DNA of 63,807 bases, counting the filler, from Olpidium bornovanus S191 (Eukaryota > Fungi > Olpidiomycota): assembly GCA_017911155.1 (NCBI GenBank). It is 29 parts of 29 records of this genome, joined end to end, with 100 filler letters (N's around TTAATTAATTAA, not from the genome) between each part and the next. Parts side by side here need not be neighbours in the genome. Positions count along the whole stretch, not along the records: positions 51,571 to 54,114 come from JAEFCI010002499.1; positions 54,215 to 55,747 come from JAEFCI010005954.1; positions 55,848 to 57,594 come from JAEFCI010000948.1; positions 57,695 to 59,254 come from JAEFCI010011359.1; positions 59,355 to 61,939 come from JAEFCI010010787.1; positions 62,040 to 63,807 come from JAEFCI010002475.1; 23 more parts are not named here. The stretch is one strand, 5' to 3'. The first letter of the stretch is position 1; the number at the start of each line of letters is the position of its first letter. A model generated the notes under the pieces. It was not told the origin of the DNA. It saw only the letters and a program-made list of their open reading frames with translations, and ran no database searches. Below are positions 51,880 to 63,807 of the stretch, piece after piece. Position numbers and translations under genes: made by a program.

Positions 51880-53843
51880 AGAAATTTGCGACCGCGATAA
51901 TGGAGTCGGGCCAAGTGCTGGACATCGCGGTTTTGCTGCTCCACTACCAGATGGAGAACCAAGCGAATAATGGTAAGAAGCCGGCATGTCTCCTCGTTTG
52001 CGGAGATCGCCAAAAAAAAAAAGAAATGCTCTCTGACGCGGCTTAACCGCCACGCTCGCAGCGCACCCGGGACTCGTTCGAATGTGCGCGTTCATCATGC
52101 ACTCGCTGTCTACGGATCGCCGCTTTGCCGTCGGGCTCAACACGAAGTTCAACGGCAACGCCACCCTTCCGCCTACGCTGCGGCTGCCCGCCTTCTCAGG
52201 CTCTTACGCCGATTTTCTGATAATTGTGAGCGCGCGCGGCCGGTCTGGCACGTACCTGAGCTGCATCACCGTTGTCATGTGACAACTCACGCCTATCCGC
52301 GTCCCCTCCGTGCCCTCCGGGAAGACGATACACGCCATCATTTCGAAGACGCAAAACAGGCTCGCGGAACTCCCCCCGACATACCTGACAGTGATCTCGA
52401 ACGTCTCGCCGTACCTGAAGAACGTTTCGGTCGTGAGCTCCAACAAGCTCGTCCAGCTTTTGGCCGTGTTCTCGAGCCCGAGGATGCTCCTGGCCGACGA
52501 GGAGAACCACCTGCTTCTGCGGTACATGCTCGAGCCGTTTGACTGCATCATTCGGTACCAGCTGACTGGTGTGCACATGGCGCGAGTTCATGCTTGATAT
52601 TGCGCGTGTAACCGGAATTCCTCGACGCTGAACGCAATTGCCGCACGGACGCCCAGACAATCCGCACCTCGTCTACGCGCTCCTGCGGGCGCAGAAGCGC
52701 TTCGAGGCCATCGCTTCGTTCACGCTCGAGACGGCCCTGGATACCATGCGCCGCGCGGAGGCGAAGTCCGGTGACGCGGGCCTGCAGTCGCGACAAAGCG
52801 CGGCCGCGCCTCCGAACGAGACACGGGGCCAGGACGCGCAGCCGGGAGCTCGTTCAAGATGGGGCCCGGTGGTGTCAGCGCCTTCCGACGGAGGGCCGGC
52901 AGAGAGGGGAGCGGCGGCGGAAGGACGATCAGACAGGCCGGCGGACGCCCGGCCAGCCGTTCCCGCAGTAGACAAGGGCAAAGGACGGATGAGAGAAGAG
53001 GGCGAGCAGGCTGCACAGCCGCCCGCCCGCAGAACTTCTGGTAACGCGGAGATCGACGCCCGACGGACGTCCCCTACAACGCGTAGAAGGCCTGGCGAAT
53101 TCACCCCGACGGAAGATTGGGTGAGCCAACTTCCTTTCTTTCCTTTAACGCGGGGATGTTCTGTCCTTTCTATCTTTCTATTCCGTTCCCTGATTCGCGC
53201 CATCTCCACGCGTCGGTTTATTTTTATTTTTTTTTTTTTTCATTTCGACTCGCAGGTCTTGTCGTGGCATTCCAGCCTCCCGTTAGCGTCGATAATGACT
53301 GTAATACGCACATTACGTACGTACGACGGTTGCCCGCAAGTTTTGTAGAATGCGCGGTTGTTCGGCTGCGAACGCCCGAAGTCCTGTTGTGTTGCATTTG
53401 GACCGTGTTAGGACCTCGCATCGAGCAGTATTGCGCGGCCAAGGACTATACGACGCAGGAGGGAGTGGTCCAGTTTCTCAAGGTGAGCTCTCGCTTCTGC
53501 CGCACTCTCTCCGGTTCAGGATCCGAACGCCGATTCCTTCGCACGCTGGCTGACGCCGCAAACCTGATGACCTCGCGTTTCGTAATTTCGTTTACTTGAT
53601 TTCGACGCCGGGAAAAAAAAAAAAAAAAAACCAATAAAAAAGAGCGGGAGCGCGCTCGGTCTGATACCCGCGCAGCCGCCGGCGTTTCCGCGCAAGTTCG
53701 CCTGGAACCACCCTGTCCGGGCGTGGCTCACGAGCTACCTCTGGGGCGTGATCTTCGTGGGCAACCGGCTCCCTTTCGGGATGTGGAACGGCACCCGGAT
53801 AGCGCTGTTCGCAGTGAAGACCACGAAGAGGGGAAAGCCGTGA
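51880..53843 (+). CDS. HID1: HID1/Ecm30 (dymeclin-family) protein, C-terminal part
   Basis: VRMCAFIMHSLS, FSGSYADFLII, TVISNVSPYLKN, FSSPRMLLADEENHLLL, NPHLVYALLR, FTPTEDW..LPL and YLWGVIF..WNGTRIALF. Confidence 0.9.
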
Positions 53844-54214
53844 CTAACGCGAGACCAAAGACGAGCTTCGTTCGGGGGGAGAGGGAGCAGCGCGGGTTGC
53901 GCTGTCGCCCGATCACCCCATACGCCGACCACGAGGAGCCCGGGAGGTAGCCGATAGCGGTACTTCCGTTCCACACACACACGCGCACGCGCGCATGCAC
54001 ACCATACACGTAGCATTACTAGTACAGGAGGATATGAGGGGGTGTGCCGGGAAAGTTTCTTATCAGTTCGTTCACGATAAAATTGACTACTATGTACGTC
54101 CTTAGGGCGGGGAANNNNNNNNNNNNNNNNNNNNNNNNNNNNNNNNNNNNNNNNNNNNTTAATTAATTAANNNNNNNNNNNNNNNNNNNNNNNNNNNNNN
54201 NNNNNNNNNNNNNN

Positions 54215-54780
54215 AACCTGAAGTAGCGGAGGAGTTCCGCGTCAGAAAGCTCCCACTGTCGGACTGCTGTCTCGAACCTCCTCAAATAAGCCGATATGTT
54301 CTCCTCGTGGAACAGCCCGGCGTCCTTGGTGAATTAGACCGTCGCCGCGCGGACCTCCGCAGACCGCATCTGCGCAGCGAGCGCGTGCACGTCCAAAGGT
54401 CCCGTCTCCATTTTTACTGTCTCTTCGCCTTCGAGGCACTCTTCTAACGGCTCTTCTCGCTCTCGCGTCCCGTCTGTCCTGCCCGGGAGCGCCAATTTGT
54501 CAGGAGACTGCTGACTCTGACGGGGTTGTGGCAGGCTGGGACAGGCAGCAATGGGCTGTTTTACGCGTGCGGCTTGCCGTAGGTACGGGTGCCCGCGGGA
54601 CAGCGGAGTCCTCCTCTTGCTGTTATCGCGGCTCTCTTTGATGTGGGCTTCGGCGCGCTCCCCTCCCCAATACTGCCCTCCAACCCCAGGAGCAGCCAAC
54701 CGCCCACTCGGAAGGGCGTCGCAGTCGCAGGCGGTCGAAACTAGTCGGCTGAGAGCCCCACGGGAGGCCGCCAAGCGCCT
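54215..54780 (-). mobile_element. Ty3/gypsy gag-like remnant with an internal stop
   Basis: After a stop near 54334 the frame reads FHEENISAYLRRFETAVRQWELSDAELLRYF, resembling the fungal gypsy gag F.G.NIS.FL..YE motif. Confidence 0.55.
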
Positions 54781-57203
54781 TCAAAGAGTGCTACGTTGCT
54801 TTTATTTTGTTGTTGTTCTGTTCTGTTTGGTTCGCCGAGTAGATGGGAGGGAACAAGAGAGGGGGGGGCCTCCTTATGCGCCAAGCGCATAATTCCCCGG
54901 GGCACGCTAAGCGCATAATTCCTCGAGGCAATAATTGCCCGACAACGGCCGACCTGCCCTCGCCTGGTACGTTCTGGTACGAAACGTATGGGGTGAGGCG
55001 TTTCAGAAGGGTGCGCAGTGCTCCTTTCCGACAGGAAGAAGGAGGGGGGCGGGGGACTTTTTGGTAAGAGACGGACGATTTTGGCGAGTTGCGACGCGTC
55101 GAACGCGCGCCCTGAGAACGGGGGAGAAAAAAATCCGGTCACGCGACACCCACGCAGGCTGCTCGGCCAAACGGCCGTTTTCAGGCAAAGCCTCCCCTCC
55201 TCGGCCGAGCCGGAAGGCGCCGTGCTGCCGGGTCACCGCGTGTCCGCGCGAAAAGAGCCCGTCGACCCGTGTATCACGCCCGGTAGCCCGGAAGAGCCGG
55301 AGTCTGCCCGAGGAGGGGAAGAGTCGGGCGGCGGGGGGATGGGGTGGGTGAGAGCTGGCCGCGCCAACGCCTCGGACTCACGGAGACCGCGCCCCCCAAG
55401 CGCGAACGGGGATTATCGGGTCCGGAGTGATAAGCCCCCGAAAGGGGAGGCGGGCGCCGCCGGCGACGGGGCGTTCCCCGTCTCCCGTCGCGCAACATTG
55501 CCGCGCTCCAGCGTAAAAAATTTACCACACGTAACTTTGTTTCGGGACGGGTTGGCGACGCACCCTTCTCGTGCAACAGTCGGCCAGGTGTCCCCACCTC
55601 TCCCCCTCCGCCCCTCGCGCCCCTGACGCGCAGCGGAAGTTGCGCGACAAGAACAGAAGGCCGTGCCCAAACTGAAGAGCCGCCGCGACGATCGACGCCG
55701 CCGATGGAGCACGGCGCCCGCGACGCGCCAGGCGGTGCCCCGGCATGNNNNNNNNNNNNNNNNNNNNNNNNNNNNNNNNNNNNNNNNNNNNTTAATTAAT
55801 TAANNNNNNNNNNNNNNNNNNNNNNNNNNNNNNNNNNNNNNNNNNNNCATGACGGCAAGGCGCAGCTGACTCTTTGCAGGGGAGCGTTTACAACGCCCGT
55901 ATCATACATACTTACAGGAAGGAATCCGTCTGCTAGTATTTGTAACGACGGCAAAGCACCGCTGACTTTCTAACGCGGTTTGTTTACGTCCTTATCATAC
56001 GTGTGTACCAGCAAGGGTCCGTTGGCGTATATATATACCGCGATGCCAAAGGAAGGGACCCGCGGTTCCCGCCGCGTCGACCTCTGCTTTTCCTCCAAAC
56101 GCCCCGGCATCCGAAGGGTCGGCCATGGGCGACGCTTGGGTTTCGCGCCGATACCAGGGACCTCAGTACCTCGTTTTCCCACGGCTGGAGTAGGCCCAGG
56201 AATGGGCGCGAGAGCACCCTGCGGCAGGCACAGGGGCCCAGCACGTCATCTTCGCCCGCGACACGCGAACGGAGAGAACCAATCTTCAACGCGGAAGGAC
56301 TGTCACGTATTCGAAGCAGTTCATTCTTGGCCAGCTGTACGAGATTGACAATCGGCCTCGTCTGTTAACGCAGAAAATGCAGGACGTCTGTTAACGCATA
56401 TCTAACGACGTTAGTCCAACCATCGTTCTACGAAATCATTGGCCTTGGAGTACCGTGCAGGCTGTATCTCGACCTGGAATGGGAGTTCCGAGGCTGGGAG
56501 CTAGCGTAATCGACGAGGATTTATGCTCAAAAATTGCGACGGCGATTTCGCGGGAGCCGGTGGATTTCACCACGCTGGCGTTCCCTGATCGTTTTCAAGA
56601 GCGGGAGCATCCGAATTTTCTGCTCCTATCGGCATGCCGGCCCCCAAGGAAGGTTTCTTTTCATTTGCTCATGCGCAACCTCATTTTCGACAACGCCCAG
56701 GTGATTTGTTTCCGGGGCGCTGCGTGTCGTTTCAATAGAATGCGGTGCACGAACTTGCTAACATTTTCTGAAAAACAACCAAAAAATGAAAAGGTGAGCC
56801 TGTTTGCCTTCGTGATCGAGTTCCGCGCCTATCTAATGCATACGGCCGTCAAGAAAATCGACTCGCCGCTTGTAGCGGAGTTCGTAAGGAATGGAGTGGA
56901 TATCAGCGTATACCACCGGAACCATTCAATTTACAACAAAGAAGAACGGTCGCATAATCGAATGAATGGAATATCGTGAGGTCGATTTTCATATGGTAAT
57001 GATCAAAGGTCCAAACAATGGAAAAATTTTGAATAAAAAACATCAATATTCAAGAAGTGTGGGTCAAAACGAGAGAGTTTTCAGGGAAAAAATGGTCGAA
57101 AACAGGGGTATTTTGACATAGGAGGGACAAAGGGGGAGGATGGGGGGGTTCACTCGCGGGAAGGGGGGAGGGGGATATGGGGTCTGACGACCCCAGATGG
57201 CCG

Positions 57204-57325
57204 ACGGCGGCGCGAAGGGGGCGGGGCCTGGGGCCGGCGGCGGCGCAAAGGGGGCGGGGGCGGGGGCCGGCGGCGGAGCGAAGAGGGCGGGGGCCGGCGG
57301 CGGAGCGAAAGAGGCGGGGGCGGCG
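57204..57325 (+). repeat. GC-rich imperfect tandem repeat (about 27-33 bp, 4 copies)
   Basis: Repeated GGCGGCGG(C/A)GC(G/A)AAG..GGCGGGG units. Confidence 0.8.
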
Positions 57326-57694
57326 ACGGCTGGGTTGGCGGTCGGGTGTCCAAAAGCGGTCCACGGCGTGGTGGGCGAGTAGTACGTTGGTGCAGCCTGC
57401 GAGATTTTGTTGCGTTAGATATGATGACGATTGCGCCGTTGACGCAATGTGCTGTAGCGTCTCACTTGGAATTGCATGGACACTCCATTTTCCCTGAGTG
57501 GGACAGGGGAGGGTTCCGAAAAAATTGTGTGGCCTTTTCCCTTGTCGCTCTCAGATTCTTTTCTGAGGGCATCCTCAAACCACGCGTTGGTTCCNNNNNN
57601 NNNNNNNNNNNNNNNNNNNNNNNNNNNNNNNNNNNNNNTTAATTAATTAANNNNNNNNNNNNNNNNNNNNNNNNNNNNNNNNNNNNNNNNNNNN

Positions 57695-58153
57695 CATGTC
57701 TTTGGATGATCCGTTCTGGAAGTCAGGCCGCGGAGACAGGCACTTGTATGTTTCGTGGTCTTCGTTGCAAGCAACGTGACCTTGAGCCGTATTCGTTCGC
57801 GCAGAAATGACATATCCGGCGTCGGCGCTGTCGGGCGCGAACGACGCGGGCGCTTCAAACAGGCCAGCAGCGGCGGCATTCCTGAGTAGGCGCGGACTTA
57901 CGAAATCGGCGCATTCTCCGGCCCCGGCCGCCTCGAACGAAAGCCGGTGATCCGTCCGTACGCTACTATCATTGTCGGCTCTGGCCGCAGACGCATAGGA
58001 GCCGCCCCCAAATAAAATAAGTCGCCGCTGGGAGAGCAGCGGCCTCAGGGTAACGTTTTCCGCAGCGTGCGCGACGCTAGCCGGCACGCTACCGGCGCGT
58101 CTCGAGGCTCCCCTCAGGTCTGGTTCCGGATTGTAGCGCATGTCAGATTGCAT
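57695..58153 (-). CDS. Hypothetical protein N-terminal fragment
   Basis: Open frame from MQSDMRYNPEPD to the contig end. No recognised motif. Confidence 0.3.
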
Positions 58154-59354
58154 GTCGCGCGCGCGCCCCGCGCTGGGGTCGGCCCTGCGGGAGCTTAGCG
58201 TCAGAGAACGGAACCACCGCGGCCTTCCATTGTTCCAGAGAAAATCCGAGCGCGTTGCGCGCAACCCTAAACGTCCGGGTCGTTCCGTGGACCTATATGT
58301 GCGGGACCAACCTTAACGTGTTGTTGCCGGCGGAAGGCCCGGGCCCAGCAGTTTCCGGCGGGCGACGGAGAGAGACGGGGTGAGCGGAGAAGGGGAGGCG
58401 GACGAACGCGGCAAATTTATGCGAGAATTGGGAGGGAACGGGTTTTAGCAGCTCCGGACGGCGGGGCCCCAGCGAATCGCGGGGAGGCGTGGGGGAAACC
58501 GCGGGGGAAGAGAAGTGGGCACCGAACGGCGCGGCGCAGCTGACGTGGCGTGGCGTGGCGTTTTGGTCCGCGCACCTTCGGAAAAATGAACGCGGCGCGG
58601 AGACGGAAAGAAAGAAGAAAAAGAAAAAAAAGAGGAAACAAAAAGACGGAAACCAAAATTTTCTCTTTGTAATTTTTGCGCAGCCGCAAAAAACCGGGGC
58701 GGCCTGGGGCCGCGCAACGCGCGGGGTCGGGACGCCTGCTTCCCCGCCGGGCGGGGCGCGAGGGGACGGACCAAAGCTGCGCGCGTTTGCGCTATCCGCG
58801 GCCGGGCGACGCTCGCTGCGCGGCCACAACGCGGAACGGCGCGCGCGACTGCCGACGTCTGGCGCCCAGGCCTGCGGCTCGCCCAATCTATATGGAAACC
58901 TATCTAATGGGATATTGCTGGGGGCGTGAAGGGGGGGCTTAAGGGGGAATGCGACGCTGTGACAGATAGAAAGGCTTCGGGAGAGGGAAGGGGGGGGGGG
59001 GGCGCACAGTTCCGGGAGCAGACGTTTTTTGCACACGGCAGGCCGCGTAACGGTTGTTATATACATTTTGGACCGCCGTCTGCTGGTTTTACGGTCGCGC
59101 GTCAAGCTTCTCCGGTAGGGCCGTACCGACGCCCATGGCACCAGGAGCGGTCGGCTTTCCGCCCCTCCCCCCGTCCACGGGGTTTTCTCCGCGCGAGCCA
59201 GATTTTCCGGATGAGCTTTGGCTCCTTTTCTCCGCAAGAGCTAAAACGGCCCCGNNNNNNNNNNNNNNNNNNNNNNNNNNNNNNNNNNNNNNNNNNNNTT
59301 AATTAATTAANNNNNNNNNNNNNNNNNNNNNNNNNNNNNNNNNNNNNNNNNNNN

Positions 59355-59987
59355 GAAAGCAACGAGAGCAGCAACGTTTTGCTCTTCAAGCTGTTGGCGC
59401 CAGCGGGCGACTCAGCGGAGACCCCGCTGTGGGTGCTGCTGACGGTGACCGCCCTGGCGGTGACGATGAACATGTCCGCGGTGGACTCGTTCCAGAACGG
59501 CCTCACCGACACGCTCGCCTCTGCCTTCCTGGCCAAGAAGCCGCTGTCCTATTCGCGCGCCCTTGTCGCGGTCGTCAACGTTCCCGTCATGACGCTCGGC
59601 TGCCTCTCCGGTGCGAGCGTCATCAACATCAAGCTTCTCAAACTCTTTCTCTTGGTCAACATGCTCGCCACCGCCAGCGTCGCCCCGGTGCTCAGTGGCC
59701 TCTGGGTCCGCGGCGCTCGGTTCGTCCACCAGTGGACCGCCCTCTTTGGCGTGCTGTTCGCTCACGCCTCTGTCCTCGCCTACGGTGCGTTGGCCGAAAA
59801 CGACTTCGCCGCCGGCTTGGAGAGGTGCTACTTTTCCGAGGCGTACGACGTCTGGGGCTTCGTTGTCGCCCTTGCCGGCGGCCTCGTCGGCATGCTGCTT
59901 TTTGTGGCACTCCAGGCGGCGACCTGCGGGTTTGCAGAGTCCAGGGTCATAGGTGCTGAGCGGGCCAAGAAGCCGGACGTATTATGA
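59355..59987 (+). CDS. Sodium:solute symporter (SSS, Dur3-like) C-terminal part
   Basis: AVTMNMSAVDSFQNGL and FLLVNMLATASVAPVLSGLW, with several TM helices ending in TGA. Confidence 0.8.
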   Translation, partial: ESNESSNVLLFKLLAPAGDSAETPLWVLLTVTALAVTMNMSAVDSFQNGLTDTLASAFLAKKPLSYSRALVAVVNVPVMTLGCLSGASVINIKLLKLFLLVNMLATASVAPVLSGLWVRGARFVHQWTALFGVLFAHASVLAYGALAENDFAAGLERCYFSEAYDVWGFVVALAGGLVGMLLFVALQAATCGFAESRVIGAERAKKPDVL

Positions 59988-60707
59988 GATCCCCGCACCT
60001 TGCCTCGTGATCCTGCGAATCATATTACCCGGGGAGCACTCGAGCTTGCTCCACGTAATGTGATATTTTCTTTTTTTTTGCTTTTGTTTTATATCATAAA
60101 CGAAACCTAGAAATGTTAGAGCTGATATTGCTGCAGAGAGACGCTCCAGCATTTTTGGCGCGCGGAAATGTAACTGTTCGTTCGCTAATCGGCTGCCCCG
60201 GCAATGTCGGGGTTTTCGGGCGTGGCATGCTGCTTCGGGAGGACTGATTGAATTGAATGCGCGCCGGCGGCCTGGCAGGGCAGCTTTTTCCACGGGCGAC
60301 GAGGCGCGCCGCCGCCGTTCGGGAGTCGAAAAGCAACGGCGCGATTTCGCGATCCAACTCAGACGCCTCCCGCGTCATAATCAAAATGGTCCGGGGTTAG
60401 AGAGTTTTTACTTTCCTTCTCTTTCTTTTCCCTCGAGGGAGGCACGTTGTGGAAAGAAGAAATGTCGGGTGGGTTCTAGTTCAGCAGACTCCTCCCCCAG
60501 CAAACGGAGCCAATTTTCTTTTGCATCTGCTGATGTAAAATTACACGCAACAGCCGCAGAATTTAAACAAAAAAACGAATAAATGAATAAGTAAATAAAT
60601 CAAAATCAGTCCCGGGCCCGCCGTCCACCCCTCCCCGTTGGTTTCACCCCCGCATCGCCCCACAGGCGCACTGAACACCCAAGCCAGCCAAACAGGGGGC
60701 CCGTCCC

Positions 60708-61940
60708 ATGCCTTCCAATTCGGCAACCAGCCCGTCCGCCGACGCGGTCGCCGCCGCCGCCGGCGACGCGTGCGGCGGCAACAAATATTCCGCGCTTCCT
60801 GACATCGTAAGCTCAGCCGGAAGTTTTTTTTTCTTTCCGTCACGCGTTTCTTTACCCCGCTGCGTTCGCGAGCCACCGGTACCCGCGGCGGTCACGATAA
60901 CGCATGCGAGAGCCGGCAGTCCGCGGCGTTTGGGTGGAGGAGAGAGGGGAGCGAGGGGTGGAGGAGTGGAAGGGCGGGAAATTTCGGGGATTTCCGCATC
61001 GTTCTAACTCGAACTTCGGTACCCTAGGACACCGCCCCTGACGTGTACGAGACTCCCGATCCGCCGTTCAACCTGCGCAGCGTACCGAACTTGGACGACG
61101 ATGAGGTTGACCGAATAAGCGAAAATGCCCGCCACCTTTTCCTTCCGTCCTCTTCGCACGGCCTACGACTTTTGCGACCCTATTTGTATTTTTACTTCCT
61201 GTTCCCGCCGCCTCGCCAAGTCGGGGGCGAGAGGCACTGCGGATCGCGTCCTGTTGACCAAACCCTACACGATACACCACCGCGCCCTCGGCTTTAGACG
61301 TCCACGCAGAAGGGTGATACAACCAACGAAGCGATCGACAGCGAAAACATCGTTCCGGCTCGGGCGAGAGAACGCTTCGCTAAAGACGGGGAGAGAGACG
61401 GTAAACAGCCGGACGGCGGGCGATCACTTTAGCCGAAGGGGAGCTCGGCGCCCGCGCACCGTCCCGCCCAGTCCTGACACGGCGGGAGGTTTCGCCGCCC
61501 CGTGCACGCCCCACGAATCAATACGGGGACGCTGTTCGACCGCGGACAGGCCAGGATCGGCAGCTGGCGTCGCGCCACCGCAGGGCACTGCACCGCAAGC
61601 AGGTGAATAGGGGCTTGGAGTCTTCAGAGTACGAGCTGAACCCACGAGCGCCGGATTTCGAGGAGACAACCGAGCAGAAGTTTCGCCGGCTGCAGTTTGA
61701 AGTGAACGAACTGAGCCAGGAATTGGAGGCGAAGAGCCAAGAGGTAACACGGGATTTCGCTCTATAATTGCCTAACCAAGGGGCACCACCCGCTGACGGT
61801 CGTTCTGTCCGGGCCGCCTTGGTGTGACGTGACGTCGTCACTCGCGCAAAACGAAGGCGGCAACGGCGAAATGCACGCCGCCGCCAGACCAACTCCAGGC
61901 ACAAGTGCAGCTCCTTCGCGAGCAGCTCGGAGACATGACN
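60708..61940 (+). CDS. DCTN2: Dynactin p50 (dynamitin), 3' partial
   Basis: KYSALPDI|DTAPDVYETPD and ETTEQKFRRLQFEVNELSQEL. Confidence 0.9.
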
Positions 61941-62316
61941 NNNNNNNNNNNNNNNNNNNNNNNNNNNNNNNNNNNNNNNNNNNTTAATTAATTAANNNNN
62001 NNNNNNNNNNNNNNNNNNNNNNNNNNNNNNNNNNNNNNNTACTCGCCTCACCTGAATCTTGGATCCCACACACTGCAGAGGTTGGTTGAAATGGGAGCAG
62101 CATTGCCGAACACCCAGACATTTTGCCCACCCGCCTGACCCTTCCCCCGGGTTCATGATGGCCTACTGACCTCCCGGATCATATTCCCCGCGTATTAATT
62201 TGTTTCTATATTGGCCCTCGGTGCGGCGTATTCCCCGACGGCCACGCGTGCGGTGATTGGGCATACCTGATGCCGCGGCGGTCTAGGTCCACGTTCGCTG
62301 CCGGCCGCCGCGTTGT

Positions 62317-63807
62317 CTAGACGTCGTCAAAAATAGCGTTGATGTCCCGAAACTTCTTTCCGCCAACTGTCCGGCCGCCGCCGCCGGCGGCCGCCCCAAA
62401 CTGCGGCCGCCCGTGGTCCCCGTCGAGCGGGGCCGCCACGGCGCCGAACGCGCCGGCCGCAGCGCCGGTCCTCGCCGTCGGTCCGGGCCGGACGTTGTGA
62501 CCTTTCGCCGGAACCGGATCGCCCTGCGCTTCGCCCGCGGCGGCGGACTGATGACGAGAGTACGGGACCGACCTTTCGCTCTCGGCCGCGGCGCCGGCAG
62601 ACGTCCGAGCGGCGGAGTTCGGCTCGGTCGCCGCCGGCGAGACGTCCTCGGCGCCGCGTCCCCGGCGGAACGCCGCGATTTTCGGTACGCGGGCTACGAG
62701 GGTTCCCAAGGCCGTGGCGGCGTTGCGGTCGGCGCCGCCGCCGCCGCCGCCGCCGCCGGTTTCTCGCTCCAACCTCGGCGGACGCCGCGGCGCGGAGATG
62801 TCTTCGTCTGAGCTCGCCGTGTTCCGGCGCACGTCCCTCGCCGAGTTGCTTTTCATCAGCCCCGCCCTATCGTCGTCATTCCCGAGGAAGCTTTTGCTTC
62901 CGCTCACAGACCCGCGGTGCGCGGAGTGCAGTTGGTTTCCCTGACAGGAATTTAATAAAAAAACGCATTAAAAAACGCATTGAGCCCCGTCCGTAAAACT
63001 TATGTTCGAAGAAAAAACGCTTGCGTCCCCTCTCCACCCCCGTACTCTGAACGACGCGCTCCGCGCGTACTGGGAGGTCGAACGTCCCGCCGACCCCAAT
63101 TTCCGTCCCTGCCGCTCGCGCTCCTCGGCGATGATGCTCCTCCCTTCCTGAAGGTCCATCCCGATCTTGTCGATGTCGTCCGTGTCGTACTGGGTCAGAT
63201 TACAGAAGCTCAGCACTCGGTTGTGGAAATTCGTGAGCGTCAAGAGAACGGGCACAAGTATGGCGATGGGAACGTAGTTGCTGAACTCGTCGCCGAGGAA
63301 CGACACGACGTCCATCTTTCCCATTATCTGGGCCGAATTTTTTCGCGGGGTTCAGCAACCAACAACGGGAATAGGGCGGCGTGGGGAGGAGGTGGACGGT
63401 TGAGGGGGGGAGGGGGGAAGGGGGGGGGGGGGTTGGTGTTATTTTACGCTTGACGTCGTCGACTCACGGGTAACGAAAGCGGCAAAATTTTCAAACGTAC
63501 GGCATTAAATTGCGTGTCGACCTGTTCGGTGGTAAGGCTCATGAAATTGAAGCACAGGGGAATCGTGAGCCGGCAGAAGTACGCTCCCATAAAGAGAAGG
63601 CTGCTCGGGTCCGTGTGGTGGTTCGGAACCAGCATGTACAGAGAGAACACCTTCAGCTTCATCAAGCTCGTGTAGGCGCAAACGCACATGTACGTGACCG
63701 TGACGAAGGCCGCGATCTGACGTTCCGGAACGGTGTTACGTCGGAATGGATTTCGGGCGGATACGGAGACGTAGTTCAGCAAACCCGTTTTGCGCGGTCG
63801 GATCAAA
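62317..63807 (-). CDS. LMBR1-like membrane protein (LMBRD2 type), 5' partial
   Basis: YMLVPNHHTDPSSLLFMGAYFCRLTIPLCFNF, MGKMDVVSFLGDEFSNYVPIAIL and EGRSIIAEER, with a disordered tail ending NAIFDDV*. Confidence 0.88.

Noticed and set aside
55848-56980. 174-aa plus-strand ORF and exon-like minus-strand segments
   Set aside because: Readings conflict and nothing recognisable was found.

Overview
This window is not one locus. It is 29 short (about 1-4 kb) contigs of a GC-rich, intron-rich eukaryotic genome joined by 28 artificial 100-nt spacers (N-run + TTAATTAATTAA + N-run), so adjacency across spacers means nothing. The gene content is fungal. An AXDND1-like gene and a PUF60-like gene point, by inference only, to a zoosporic or other early-diverging fungus such as Olpidium. 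Recognisable and mostly partial genes: Rho1, Dom34/pelota, TilS-like, an NAD-dependent epimerase, GlyRS, NAD kinase, MVD1, NMT1, guanylate kinase, mitochondrial LeuRS, Nse1, PUF60, HID1, a sodium:solute symporter, dynamitin, an LMBR1-family protein, a GH15 glucoamylase, a DHHC palmitoyltransferase carrying apparent lesions, and an Emi1/DUF3128-like protein. Mobile DNA: three decayed Ty1/copia remnants (one with a PPT and a 217-bp LTR), two Ty3/gypsy remnants, and a 1339-bp pogo-type element with TIRs and a TA target duplication. Best leads: (1) a guanylate kinase whose stop codon sits in an apparent intron, so splicing would add a 164-aa repeat-rich tail ending in polybasic CaaX; (2) consecutive, phase-compatible glucoamylase exons on opposite strands; (3) contig ends strongly biased to CATG. 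Family calls come from recalled motifs, not database searches, and exon boundaries were read by eye.
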